Shown here: one piece after another, positions 1 through 8,823 of the stretch
How positions within the stretch are numbered: position 1 is the stretch's first letter
How the letters are laid out: every line of letters begins with the position of its first letter
DNA from: an uncultured Candidatus Saccharibacteria bacterium
GTDB lineage: Bacteria; Patescibacteriota; Minisyncoccia; Phycocordibacterales; PALSA-1337
NCBI GenBank assembly: GCA_964542675.1
Contig: CAZIUH010000002.1
Location: 98 to 64,097 of the forward strand
DNA length: 64,000 nt
Direction: 5' to 3'
Notes under the pieces: generated by a model
What the model was told of the DNA's origin: nothing
Database searches by the model: none
What the model saw: only the letters and a program-made list of their open reading frames with translations
Program-made: the position numbers and the translations under genes

Positions 1-189
1 TAGGATAGTTTCAACTACTTTATGATTTGAGTTCTCGAAAAATTCATATTTAAGGAAGTGCTTATCTGTTCATGTCAATACTGACTTTGAATATTGAAAA
101 GAGTAGGCCGGTAATATCTCAGGTGATAATCCATGCTTCATATAGATGTAAGCAACATAAGAACAGAACCACTTCGGCGGTTTTTATGT

Positions 190-2127
190 TTACACCACCT
201 TTTGTTCCCTCTTTGGCGTTATCCCATTTGTACTAAGCAAAGTCTCGAATTCATCGCGTTCAATAGTCTCGATCTCAATCAATTTTTTCGCGATCGCTTC
301 AAAAGCTTTTTTATGTGTCGTTATAACTTCTATCGCCTTTTCGCGCCCTTCCGTCATGATGCGATTCACTTCTCCATCAATTTCTGACGCGATCTTTTCC
401 GAATAATCGCGATCGGATACTCCCATGCCGAACATTACTCGGCCAACGGGACTTTCCAAAGCCACCGGACCGAGCTTATCCGACATTCCATATTGCGTAA
501 CCATGCTTCGCGCCAAAGCCGTGGCAATTTGCAAATCATTCGACGCCCCGGTTGTAATATCGTCGAACATCATTTTTTCGGAAACATAGCCACCCATAGA
601 GACCGCGATATCATCCAAGAATTCTTTTCGCGACTGCAATTTTCTATCTTCAATGGGTAATTTCAAAGTGTAACCAGCCGCACGACCGCGCGCGATGATA
701 GAAATCTTGTGCACCGGATCGGAATTCGGCAAAACGGAAGCGACGATAGCGTGTCCAGCCTCATGATACGCCGTAATCTCTTTTTCTCTTATCGATAGAA
801 TGTGACTCTTGCGTTCCGGTCCCATCATTACTTTTTCAATAGAACGAATAAGATCAAACTGCCCGATCTTATTCCTATTTTCCCTAGCCGCCAAGATTGC
901 GCTTTCATTCATTAGAGATGCCAGATCGGCTCCGGAGAATCCCGGTGTTCTCTCGGCAATCACTTTGAAACTGACATCTTCGGCCAATTGTTTCTTCACG
1001 GCATGAATGCGAAGAATTTCTTCGCGATCATTCCTGTCCGGTAAATCTATGACAACTCGCCTATCAAATCTGCCCGGTCGCAAAAGTGCCGGGTCAAGAA
1101 CATCCGGCCGATTCGTCGCCGCCATAACAATGACTTTCTGATTCTGCTCAAATCCATCCATTTCCGTCAAAATCTGATTCAAAGTCTGTTCGCGTTCATC
1201 ATTGGCGCCGCCCATTCCTGAACCTCGAGCACGTCCAACCGCGTCTATTTCATCAACGAAGACGATCGCTGGCGACTGTTGTTTCGCCATATTGAAGAGA
1301 TCACGCACGCGCGACGCGCCGATGCCAACGAACATTTCCACGAATTCGGAACCAGAAATAGCGAAGAATGCGACATTAGCTTCTCCTGCCACGGCGCGAG
1401 CCAACATCGTTTTTCCCGTGCCCGGGCCACCCATCAAGATAACGCCCTTAGGAATTTCTGCGCCAATATCTATGAATTTTTTCGGATTTTTGAGAAAGTC
1501 AACAATTTCTAATAATTCCTGTTTGGCTTCTTTGCATCCAGCCACGTCTTTGAAAGTAATTCTTGTTTTTTTATCATCCGGCATTGTTATGCGCGCCTTG
1601 GATTGCCCGAATGAAAGGACTTGCATGCCTGCCCCGCGAACTTGTCTAGACATTATCCAAATGAAGAATATTAAAAATATTACCGGTGCCAGAAATGGAG
1701 CCAATTGCCCCGTCCAGAACCAGAATCCCGACGGCTCCGCGACCATGATGGAAGTTGAAGCCAATTGCGCGGCAGATACGCCCATTCGAGCCAATGAATC
1801 CGTCAGAGACGCGTCAATCTCTTTTTGCGCGTGTTTTATCGTTTTATCTGAATATTCCACGAGCACCTGATCAGTTTCCAATGTTACTGAAGCGACTTTA
1901 CCAGTTTCAACGTCTCTTGCTAGCTCAGAAAGCGAAATAGTTTGCAGGGTTGTTCGAGACGCACCGAATTCGGAATATATTCCGGAAATTAAAAGGAATA
2001 TCAGAATAGCCGATACAATCATATTCAAAAAACTCATTTTCGGCATGGAAAAACCTTTTTTGCCATTTTTGCCCTTATTGTTCGTGTTATTTTGTTGTGG
2101 CGCCTGGCCACCGAAAAGTGGGTTCAT
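190..2127 (-). CDS. ftsH: ATP-dependent zinc metalloprotease FtsH
   Basis: 645 aa. N-terminal TM segment, AAA+ Walker A GPPGTGKT, HEAGHA zinc motif, FtsH-like C-terminus. Confidence 0.93.
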   Translation of the reverse strand: MNPLFGGQAPQQNNTNNKGKNGKKGFSMPKMSFLNMIVSAILIFLLISGIYSEFGASRTTLQTISLSELARDVETGKVASVTLETDQVLVEYSDKTIKHAQKEIDASLTDSLARMGVSAAQLASTSIMVAEPSGFWFWTGQLAPFLAPVIFLIFFIWIMSRQVRGAGMQVLSFGQSKARITMPDDKKTRITFKDVAGCKEAKQELLEIVDFLKNPKKFIDIGAEIPKGVILMGGPGTGKTMLARAVAGEANVAFFAISGSEFVEMFVGIGASRVRDLFNMAKQQSPAIVFVDEIDAVGRARGSGMGGANDEREQTLNQILTEMDGFEQNQKVIVMAATNRPDVLDPALLRPGRFDRRVVIDLPDRNDREEILRIHAVKKQLAEDVSFKVIAERTPGFSGADLASLMNESAILAARENRNKIGQFDLIRSIEKVMMGPERKSHILSIREKEITAYHEAGHAIVASVLPNSDPVHKISIIARGRAAGYTLKLPIEDRKLQSRKEFLDDIAVSMGGYVSEKMMFDDITTGASNDLQIATALARSMVTQYGMSDKLGPVALESPVGRVMFGMGVSDRDYSEKIASEIDGEVNRIMTEGREKAIEVITTHKKAFEAIAKKLIEIETIERDEFETLLSTNGITPKREQKVV

Positions 2128-2254
2128 TGGGAATGAATTATGGATTGTGAATTAAGAAAGCTAGCACCTATTGATTATACATAAGTAGCTAGGAAATGGA
2201 AGAAAAAAGGCGGGTGTCATAGAACATCCGCCATTTGAGCCGTTTCGCGTCATT

Positions 2255-2860
2255 TCAGCCCACCGATTCAATCTTTAGTGAAGTTATTGGAGATGGAATC
2301 GGCTTGAATGGCGATTTGGGCTTGATCTCGTGAGTTGAGGACTTTTTCGCGAGGACTTGAGCGCTTTTCACGCCGCCAGTCTGGGCGTTTAATTGTGGCA
2401 GAATACTCAAGTCAGGATGAAAATTTGCCTTGTTTTTATGCGCAACCGCTTTGTTCGGTGGATGCGCACGAGGGACGATCCCGGCCTTTTCCAACAAGAT
2501 ATAACTATCGGGCCGAGTGAATTCACTTGGATGGAAGACATGTCTCCACCAAAGTTCTGATGCGGTGAATCGTTTGTGGATTATTTTGTATTGATGGACC
2601 AATCCGCATACGCATACTCCCAGTATGTACGCGAAATACATTTTGCCAACGATATCATCATCGAAAGCGTCTGGGTCTTCCTCCATTATCTTGACTCGTT
2701 CAACCAATAGCCATCGGCCGCATTCGCATCGCCTGGTGAATTTTTTTATGAGCCGATACATTGTTGAAACCAAAAAAATAATTACGGCGATCGTGAGCCA
2801 CTGCCGTCCTGTAATATTGATTTGAATGTGCATTTTTTCTCCTATGTTTTCCAACACCAA
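2255..2860 (-). CDS. hypothetical membrane protein, one predicted TM, Cys-containing
   Basis: 201-aa ORF with a hydrophobic N-terminal segment and no recognisable family. It sits between ftsH and the ssrA scar region. Confidence 0.35.
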   Translation of the reverse strand: MVLENIGEKMHIQINITGRQWLTIAVIIFLVSTMYRLIKKFTRRCECGRWLLVERVKIMEEDPDAFDDDIVGKMYFAYILGVCVCGLVHQYKIIHKRFTASELWWRHVFHPSEFTRPDSYILLEKAGIVPRAHPPNKAVAHKNKANFHPDLSILPQLNAQTGGVKSAQVLAKKSSTHEIKPKSPFKPIPSPITSLKIESVG

Positions 2861-3007
2861 AATCTAACGGCATATTACTATTGAATATACATTTCGTCAA
2901 TATTTTTGATTACTGGATCCATAATAGTTTTAGACATCAAAAAAAACCAGCATCTAGCCGTAATTCAGAAAAAAGCGGCCCGCCATGAGCGAGCGAAGCG
3001 AGTCGAG

Positions 3008-3029
3008 TGGAGATGCTGGGAGTCGAAGC
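3008..3029 (-). repeat. direct copy of the ssrA 3' end (TGGAGATGCTGGGAGTCGAA), a tRNA-like fragment
   Basis: 21/21 nt identical to the tmRNA T-arm/acceptor 3' segment at 3183-3203. It lacks the 5' half of the T stem, so it is a fragment and not a gene. Confidence 0.6.
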
Positions 3030-3100
3030 TTACAGCTTCTGTACAGGTCTCACATTTTCTCGTCCCAATGTACATTGGGACTCGAAAATATGTTCGACCT

Positions 3101-3148
3101 CTTCGACTCCCAGACGCAAGTCGCGCAGGCGACTTGCTCATCTCCACA
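3101..3148 (+). repeat. inverted, interrupted copy of the ssrA 3' end
   Basis: TTCGACTCCCAG ... CATCTCCACA on the plus strand, with a 25-nt perfect hairpin (GCAAGTCGC/GCGACTTGC) inserted. Its tail forms a 20-bp perfect inverted repeat with the genuine ssrA 3' end. Confidence 0.5.
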
Positions 3149-3182
3149 AACAAAAATCACCCTTTCGGGCAGATTTTTGTTT

Positions 3183-3547
3183 GTGGAGATGCTGGGAGTC
3201 GAACCCAGGTGCAATCGAAGTTGATCGAACGATTCTACGGCGATAGAAATCTTTGAAGTTTAGAAGCCATGTTATGAAAGAAAACAAAACGCATAGCTTC
3301 GATCTCTAAGTTTCGGATAATACGACGAGAAATCGTACTACCCTACATCCAGGTAATAACGCCTATCCAGAAGGTCAGGATCCCCCTCTAGTAGACGCGC
3401 GCTTATACAAACGCGAATGCGAAGTCCTTGGCTCCGAAATACGGAGAAACAGAAGATTTAGCAATTAGGTTTTGCATCGGATTTATAAGTCGATACTGCT
3501 TACGCCGCACGAACAATAACATACGATTGTCGATGCCTTTCATCCCC
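3183..3547 (-). ncRNA. ssrA: tmRNA (transfer-messenger RNA)
   Basis: Minus-strand 5' GGGGATG pairs with 3' CATCTCC, including a G3:U70 wobble (alanine identity). T-arm CTGGG-TTCGACT-CCCAG, discriminator A. P2a-like pairing CAATCG/CGATTG. About 365 nt. Candidate tag ORFs end at TAA (...AKDFAFAFV* or ...AKPNC*). smpB lies immediately upstream on the same strand. Confidence 0.7.
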
Positions 3548-3552
3548 AGTGT

Positions 3553-3623
3553 GGAATTATGAATTGTGAATGGAAGCCGAAATTGACTATATTCATAATT
3601 CCTAATTCTTAATTCATAATTCG
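3553..3623. repeat. GAATTAN heptamer-array inverted pair between smpB and ssrA
   Basis: GGAATTATGAATTGTGAATGG and TTCATAATTCCTAATTCTTAATTCATAATTCG. Confidence 0.7.
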
Positions 3624-3628
3624 CGCTG

Positions 3629-4105
3629 TCAACGATCTTTCATAACTCTTCCCATCTCCCTATCACTCTCGCGGCGTTTCGTCGTTTCTCTTTTGTCATA
3701 CTTCCTTTTGCCGCGTACCGAAGCCACGCTTACCTTGATTCGGTTATTCACACTATAAGCCGAAATCGGTACTATTGTCAAGCGCCGACCTGCTTCAATG
3801 GTCGCCAGTTTTCTGATCTCATCCTTATTCAATATCAACTTCCTATTCCTCCTCGGTTCATAATCTCCCGGCGTGTTCTTTTCCTGATACGGCGGAATGA
3901 ACATATTCACGACATACGCCTCCCCACCGCGCACTATCACATACGCGCCATCAAACGAACCTTGACTTTTCTTCAATGATTTTACTTCGAACCCGAGTAG
4001 CTCTATACCCGCCTCGAATGTATCCTGGATTTCATAGTTGAATCGCGCTTTTTTATTGTCTATTAATATCGTCATGACAATATCATAATCGTAACATATT
4101 GACAT
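3629..4105 (-). CDS. smpB: SsrA-binding protein SmpB
   Basis: NKKARFNYEI, GIELLGFEVKSL and LILNKDEIRKL match SmpB hallmarks. The start may be the internal Met in MTILIDNKK. It is adjacent to ssrA. Confidence 0.85.
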   Translation of the reverse strand: MSICYDYDIVMTILIDNKKARFNYEIQDTFEAGIELLGFEVKSLKKSQGSFDGAYVIVRGGEAYVVNMFIPPYQEKNTPGDYEPRRNRKLILNKDEIRKLATIEAGRRLTIVPISAYSVNNRIKVSVASVRGKRKYDKRETTKRRESDREMGRVMKDR

Positions 4106-4147
4106 ACTTGTGACGAAGGTTTAGCCTGAAAATGCTATAATCCCTTC

Positions 4148-5227
4148 ATGTCATCATTAACCGACTGGAATCTATACGCCACCAACGAAGATGCCTGGAA
4201 TGCTATGCTCGTCGACTGCGCGCAGGCAAAAGAGAGTATAGTTCTGGAGCAATTTATTTTTGTGGCCGATGATTTCGGGCAAAGACTCATAGATATTTGC
4301 GCCAAGAGAGCCGCTGAAAGCGTCAAAGTACGATTTCTTTGGGATGCCGCCGGTAGCTTCACATTTTGGGGTTCTAATATCGCCGAAGATTTGCGACAAA
4401 AAGGTATAGAACTTATGTTTTGGCGAACTCTTATCCCAGGATACTTCAAGACTCCAAGTTTGCGTTCTTGGTTTTTGAGAAACCATCGTCGCACTTTGGT
4501 TATCGACAGTGAGATCGGATATACCGGCAGTATTTGCATGAATGATCGCATGAAGAACTGGCGCGACACGAATCTTCGATTGGAAGGTATCGCGGCAAAA
4601 CAAATGGAAAAAGCGTTCAATCGCATGTGGGAACGCGCCCACGGTTCCAAGAATTTGCCCGGACACGCCCGCGTGAAAGATCACGAGTTTCGTTATGTCA
4701 CGAATTACCCCGCACCGGGAAGAAGACATATCAATTATGAACTCATAAAAGCCGTGCGCAACGCGAAAAAATCCATCCTGATCACGACTCCGTATTTCAT
4801 CCCGACTCATCGTCTGGCACGCGCGCTCAAACTGGCGGCCAAGCGCGGTGTAACGGTGAAAATAATATTACCCGAAAAATCCGATTATTACGCTGTTGAT
4901 CTTGGCGCGCGTTCGTATTTCAACACGCTCCTTGAAGCTGGCGCGAAAATATTCCTATATGAAGGTAATATGATACATAGTAAAACGGTTACCATTGACG
5001 GTATTTGGTCAACTGTCGGTACAATGAATCTGGATAATATCAGCATGCTCTATAACTTTGAAGCGAATATCGTGAGCACGAATGTCAAATTCGCCCATGA
5101 ATTGGAAAAGCATTTCACCGATGATCTCGCTGAGTCCAAGGAAGTTATCTTGAATGAATGGCATAACCGCTTCTTCGTTGAAAAAATTCCCGAGATACTC
5201 ATTCGTTTGGTTCGCAAATTCTTATAA
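4148..5227 (+). CDS. phospholipase D family protein, cardiolipin synthase-like
   Basis: Two PLD-type motifs: a degenerate HRRTLVID and a canonical HSKTVTIDG...GTMNLD (HxKxxxxD). 359 aa. Confidence 0.7.
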   Translation: MSSLTDWNLYATNEDAWNAMLVDCAQAKESIVLEQFIFVADDFGQRLIDICAKRAAESVKVRFLWDAAGSFTFWGSNIAEDLRQKGIELMFWRTLIPGYFKTPSLRSWFLRNHRRTLVIDSEIGYTGSICMNDRMKNWRDTNLRLEGIAAKQMEKAFNRMWERAHGSKNLPGHARVKDHEFRYVTNYPAPGRRHINYELIKAVRNAKKSILITTPYFIPTHRLARALKLAAKRGVTVKIILPEKSDYYAVDLGARSYFNTLLEAGAKIFLYEGNMIHSKTVTIDGIWSTVGTMNLDNISMLYNFEANIVSTNVKFAHELEKHFTDDLAESKEVILNEWHNRFFVEKIPEILIRLVRKFL

Positions 5228-5248
5228 TCATCTTCTGGTTGTTTTTCC

Positions 5249-5393
5249 GCGAACTCCCGCAAGGGCAAAACACATCCCCACGCGAAGTATTGTAAGAGGC
5301 ATAACCTGTGGCACATTATACTTTGGCCTGGCGTATTTATGCAGGTGCCATCCACTTCGCGTGGGGATGTGTTTTGCCCTTGCGGGAATTCGC
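5249..5393. repeat. long near-perfect inverted repeat (about 40-bp arms, 34 bp perfect, about 65-nt spacer)
   Basis: TCCCGCAAGGGCAAAACACATCCCCACGCGAAGT at 5255-5288 is the exact reverse complement of 5354-5387. It lies between the PLD-family gene and infC. Confidence 0.8.
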
Positions 5394-5401
5394 GAAGTAG
5401 A

Positions 5402-5956
5402 ATGTTGCGCAAATCACGGCGTTATGCTATAAATATCCTTGTAATCCACGTGATAAAAGTACGCATAAATCATCAAATCAAAGTCTCCGAATTACGGGTC
5501 ATCACAGAAGATGGGGACAATCTTGGCGTGTTATCCCTTAGCCAAGCGCTTATCGAGGCCAAAAATCGCGGGTTGGATTTGATAGAAGTTTCCCCCAATG
5601 CCACACCACCTATCGGTAAGATAATGGATTATGGCAAATATCAGTACGACGAGAAGAAGAAAGCCAAAATCTCCAAAAATCGTTCACAAGTGAGCGAGAT
5701 GAAGAGTATCCAAGTCAAGATTGGCACTGGCGAACACGATCTGGAACTAAAAGCTAAGAGGGTTTCCGAATGGCTTTCAGAAGGAAATCGTGTTAGGGTT
5801 GACCTCTATTTGGTGGGACGCGCTAAATACATGGAATTAAAATTCTTAAAAGAGCGTTTGGACAGGATCTTGAAACTAATCAGTGTTGAATACAAAGTAT
5901 CACAAGAACCAATCAGAGGACCAAGAGGATTGGCATTAGTAGTTGAGAAAAAGTAA
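5402..5956 (+). CDS. infC: translation initiation factor IF-3
   Basis: ELRVITEDGDNLGVLSLSQALIEAKNRGLDLIEVSPNATPPIGKIMDYGKY... The start is uncertain: Met at 5402, or a non-AUG start (ATA/ATT near 5465, as is common for infC). The upstream part of the 5339 ORF is probably not translated. Confidence 0.8.
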   Translation: MLRKSRRYAINILVIHVIKVRINHQIKVSELRVITEDGDNLGVLSLSQALIEAKNRGLDLIEVSPNATPPIGKIMDYGKYQYDEKKKAKISKNRSQVSEMKSIQVKIGTGEHDLELKAKRVSEWLSEGNRVRVDLYLVGRAKYMELKFLKERLDRILKLISVEYKVSQEPIRGPRGLALVVEKK

Positions 5957-5960
5957 GATT

Positions 5961-6149
5961 ATGATCAAAACAAATAAATCATATATAAAAAGATTGAAGA
6001 TTACCCGTACGGGGAAGATTTTGGGACGTAAGATTGGACAAAATCATTTCAACGCAAAAGAAGGTGGTAATTCAACCATGAGCAAGCATAGGATGCGGAC
6101 GATTCGCATGAGTAATAAGATTAAAAGTCGATTTTTAGCTAATATTTAA
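5961..6149 (+). CDS. rpmI: 50S ribosomal protein L35
   Basis: Small basic protein (KTNKSYIKRLKITRTGKILGRK...) in the conserved infC-rpmI-rplT position. Confidence 0.65.
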   Translation: MIKTNKSYIKRLKITRTGKILGRKIGQNHFNAKEGGNSTMSKHRMRTIRMSNKIKSRFLANI

Positions 6150-6210
6150 TAACAAAGAGACCAGAACAGAAAAATTTTTATTTCTGTTTACCAGTTTCTA
6201 ATACAATAAT

Positions 6211-6555
6211 ATGAGTCGAGTCAAAAAAGGAGTTAATGCCATGAAAAATCGCCGCAGTGTCCTCAAGACGGCCAAAGGTTTTCGGTTTCGCAGATCAAGG
6301 ACGGAAAAAGCCGCCAATGACGCGCTTACTCACGCGGGCGTATATGCCTTCGCTCATCGCAGAGACAAAAAAGGAGATTTTCGTCGACTTTGGAACGTGA
6401 AGATCAATGCTGCTTTACGTCCACTCGGTTTTTCGTACAGCAAATGGATCGGTGAGGCAAAGAAGAAAGGTATAGCCCTTGATCGCAAATCTCTAGCTCA
6501 TTTGGCTGAATTCAGGCCGGAGACTTTCCAAAAAGTTGTTAATATGGTAAGGTAG
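6211..6555 (+). CDS. rplT: 50S ribosomal protein L20
   Basis: MSRVKKGVNAMKNRRSVLKTAKGFRFRRSR...NAALRPLGFSYSKWI matches bL20. Confidence 0.9.
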   Translation: MSRVKKGVNAMKNRRSVLKTAKGFRFRRSRTEKAANDALTHAGVYAFAHRRDKKGDFRRLWNVKINAALRPLGFSYSKWIGEAKKKGIALDRKSLAHLAEFRPETFQKVVNMVR

Positions 6556-6675
6556 CCAAGCTAGTACATCTAGCTGGCCCCAATCATCGGGGTCATCTGG
6601 AAGCGCCGTCAAGGCGGGTCCCGATGGGTTGTTGTTGATCCTATTCGGACTTAAGGGCGTGTCATCGCTCTTTCG

Positions 6676-6739
6676 CCTCGGAGAAGCTAGAGCCGGGTCC
6701 TCCTTTCCCTGCCTCTATCTCTCTCCGAGGTCTTTTTTA
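6676..6739 (+). terminator. candidate terminator after rplT (long stem plus T-run)
   Basis: CCTCGGAGA...TCTCCGAGG stem followed by TCTTTTTT. Convergent with the beta-CASP gene. Confidence 0.4.
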
Positions 6740-6769
6740 TGCGTAAGGTTCAATCTTATGCATATAAGA

Positions 6770-8215
6770 TTAAACCTCAATGGACTGTAAATTAACTTTG
6801 TCCCCTATTTTCGGCACGACTGCTTTCACTTTCAGTTCTTCATTTATTTTCTGCGCCAAAAACATCGATGCTTTCGGCTCGCCCATGGTGACAAAAACTT
6901 GTTTCAGACGGTTTGTGGCATTAGAAACAAATCCTAGAAGATGATCACTGTCTTTATGCGCTGAATAACCGTACAATTTTTCAATACGCGCGTGAATTTG
7001 TACTTTCTGTTTGTGAATATGAACTTTTTTCGCTCCGTCAGCCAATCGCCTGCCAAGAGAACCAACTGTTTGATAGCCGACTAACAGGATCGTATTCTTG
7101 GAATCAGGCAAATATGTTTCTTCATGACCTGTAACTCTCCCGCCAACCGACATGCCTGAACCAGCCAGAATTATTTTGGCGCCTTTTATTTTATCTATGT
7201 CTCGCGATTCATTCTGGGACATGATGAATTCTAGATTTTTGAAATCAAATATATCATCACCTTTAGCTATTTGATTTCTTACATAATCATTAAAAAGGTC
7301 AGTATTTTCCGCATAAATTTTCGTCGCTTTTATCGCCATGGGAGAATCCACGAATATTGGAATTGACGGGATTTTTTTCTGTTCAACCATATTATTTAGC
7401 TCATACAAAAGGACCTGCGTGCGATCTATTGAGAAAGTTGGAATGACCAATGTCCCGGCATAAGCGATTGTTTTTTTTATTACCCTTTCGAATTCGCTCA
7501 CTCTTTGTTCCTTCGATTCATGGTTGCGGTCCCCGTAAACACTTTCCATTATTAGATAATCAATATCACCGATAGATTCCGTGTCTTGGAGTAACGGCGC
7601 CGGTGAATTGCCGAGATCTCCGGTAAATAGAATTCTAATCAGATTCGTGTCACTTCCATCTTGCGTACTTGCGCGTTTGCGTACTTGCGCACTGATCTCC
7701 ACCATCGCTGATCCGAGAATATGGCCCGCGTCTTTGAGAAGAATGGATATACCCGGGACAATCTCCAAATTTTCATGATATCGAATAGTACGCCACAGTA
7801 GAAAAACAACCCGAATATCATTCAAGTCAAATAATGGCGCGACACCGTCTTGTCTGGCTTCAAGGGCGAGAATACCAGCGGCATCCGTCAGAACCAATTC
7901 GGCAAGTTCCTTTGTTTGAGGAGTTGAATAAATGACGCCATGGAAGCCTTCCTTAACCAGTTTTGGAATGCGACCGATGTGATCGAGATGAGCATGGGTT
8001 ACAATCAGAGCTTGAATGGAAACCGGATTGTATGGAAAAGGTTCGCGATTTTTCTCTTCATCAAATCGCTCTCCTTGCATCATGCCGCAATCCACTAATA
8101 TTTTTGAATTATTCGCGAAATCATTTTCTTGACTGCCTTCACGTTCAAGTAAAAAATTTGCTCCGGTGACGGCACCGACTCCGGAACAAAAAGTTATTTG
8201 TAAAGCTTTTGACAT
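6770..8215 (-). CDS. MBL-fold metallo-hydrolase, beta-CASP/RNA-metabolising type (RNase J/CPSF-like)
   Basis: HAHLDHIGRIPKL metallo-beta-lactamase motif, about 480 aa, and a C-terminal region typical of beta-CASP nucleases. Confidence 0.65.
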   Translation of the reverse strand: MSKALQITFCSGVGAVTGANFLLEREGSQENDFANNSKILVDCGMMQGERFDEEKNREPFPYNPVSIQALIVTHAHLDHIGRIPKLVKEGFHGVIYSTPQTKELAELVLTDAAGILALEARQDGVAPLFDLNDIRVVFLLWRTIRYHENLEIVPGISILLKDAGHILGSAMVEISAQVRKRASTQDGSDTNLIRILFTGDLGNSPAPLLQDTESIGDIDYLIMESVYGDRNHESKEQRVSEFERVIKKTIAYAGTLVIPTFSIDRTQVLLYELNNMVEQKKIPSIPIFVDSPMAIKATKIYAENTDLFNDYVRNQIAKGDDIFDFKNLEFIMSQNESRDIDKIKGAKIILAGSGMSVGGRVTGHEETYLPDSKNTILLVGYQTVGSLGRRLADGAKKVHIHKQKVQIHARIEKLYGYSAHKDSDHLLGFVSNATNRLKQVFVTMGEPKASMFLAQKINEELKVKAVVPKIGDKVNLQSIEV

Positions 8216-8565
8216 AGAAAAACAATGATACCTCCGCCGATAATATCATTGAATAAATCTTTCGCGGTATCAATATAATACGGCATAGTCCAAAGCGGAG
8301 CACTTGCGATATTGTAATATATTTCGAATGATTCCCAGATCATTCCCATAACTAAAACACCGATAATAATCACGCGGCCCTTATGCGCAATATTACCGCC
8401 GTGCAGTTTCACGGCCGCGCAAACGGCTAAACCGACGCCTATTCCGCCTAATATATGCATGAAAATATTGTACGACGGACAAGCTGCGTACATACCATTA
8501 ACGCCAACGATATGAGTAATAAGCACGAGACAAAGAATGACAAGAGAATAAAAGTATATGCGCAT
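8194..8565 (-). CDS. small integral membrane protein (4 predicted TM), unknown function
   Basis: 123 aa and highly hydrophobic. GGAGG SD 5 nt upstream of the ATG. Preceded by a structured leader. Confidence 0.5.
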   Translation of the reverse strand: MRIYFYSLVILCLVLITHIVGVNGMYAACPSYNIFMHILGGIGVGLAVCAAVKLHGGNIAHKGRVIIIGVLVMGMIWESFEIYYNIASAPLWTMPYYIDTAKDLFNDIIGGGIIVFLCQKLYK

Positions 8566-8823
8566 GAACCTCCATTATAGTTTATTTTCCCGAAAGAACC
8601 AAGAACATGTCTTTTCTTGGTTTTGTCGTAACGCGAAACAAAAACACCCCAACATACATCGGGATGTTTTCGATCGATCGCGAGAGTACCATACCTGATA
8701 CAGTCAGGTGGGTGGCCTCACATCGAACACCAAAGTGCCGACGAATTTGAATGCAAGCATTCATTGGCCTCCCAAAATTTACGGTATAGGGTTTTACTCT
8801 CGCAATCTGTATATATTTTATTC
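8566..8823 (-). promoter_or_regulatory. structured 5' leader (riboswitch/attenuator-like) of the small membrane protein gene
   Basis: A 9-bp closing stem (GCGAGAGTA/TACTCTCGC) encloses about 110 nt with several internal hairpins. Followed by a hairpin CCAAGAAAAGACATGTTCTTGG plus TTCTTTC about 25 nt before the SD. Confidence 0.4.

Noticed and set aside
1202-1870. 222-aa ORF on the plus strand
   Set aside because: It lies entirely antisense within ftsH and is Pro/Ala/Ser-rich with no homology pattern. It is a shadow ORF of a highly expressed gene.
2906-3256. Three overlapping ORFs (79-116 aa) in the tRNA-like repeat/tmRNA 3' region
   Set aside because: The region is explained by the tmRNA 3' end and its duplicated fragments. 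The ORFs have no start context and overlap structured RNA.
3183-3262. Possibility of a complete tRNA gene ending at the TTCGACTCCCAGCATCTCCA motif
   Set aside because: No 5' acceptor strand (GGAGATG) or anticodon arm lies within 90 nt. The matching 5' strand GGGGATG is about 365 nt away, which fits tmRNA and no tRNA.
4135-4810. Two minus-strand ORFs (171 and 212 aa) overlapping the PLD-family gene
   Set aside because: Both lie antisense inside a gene with clear PLD motifs, and neither has a recognisable fold or SD. They are shadow ORFs.
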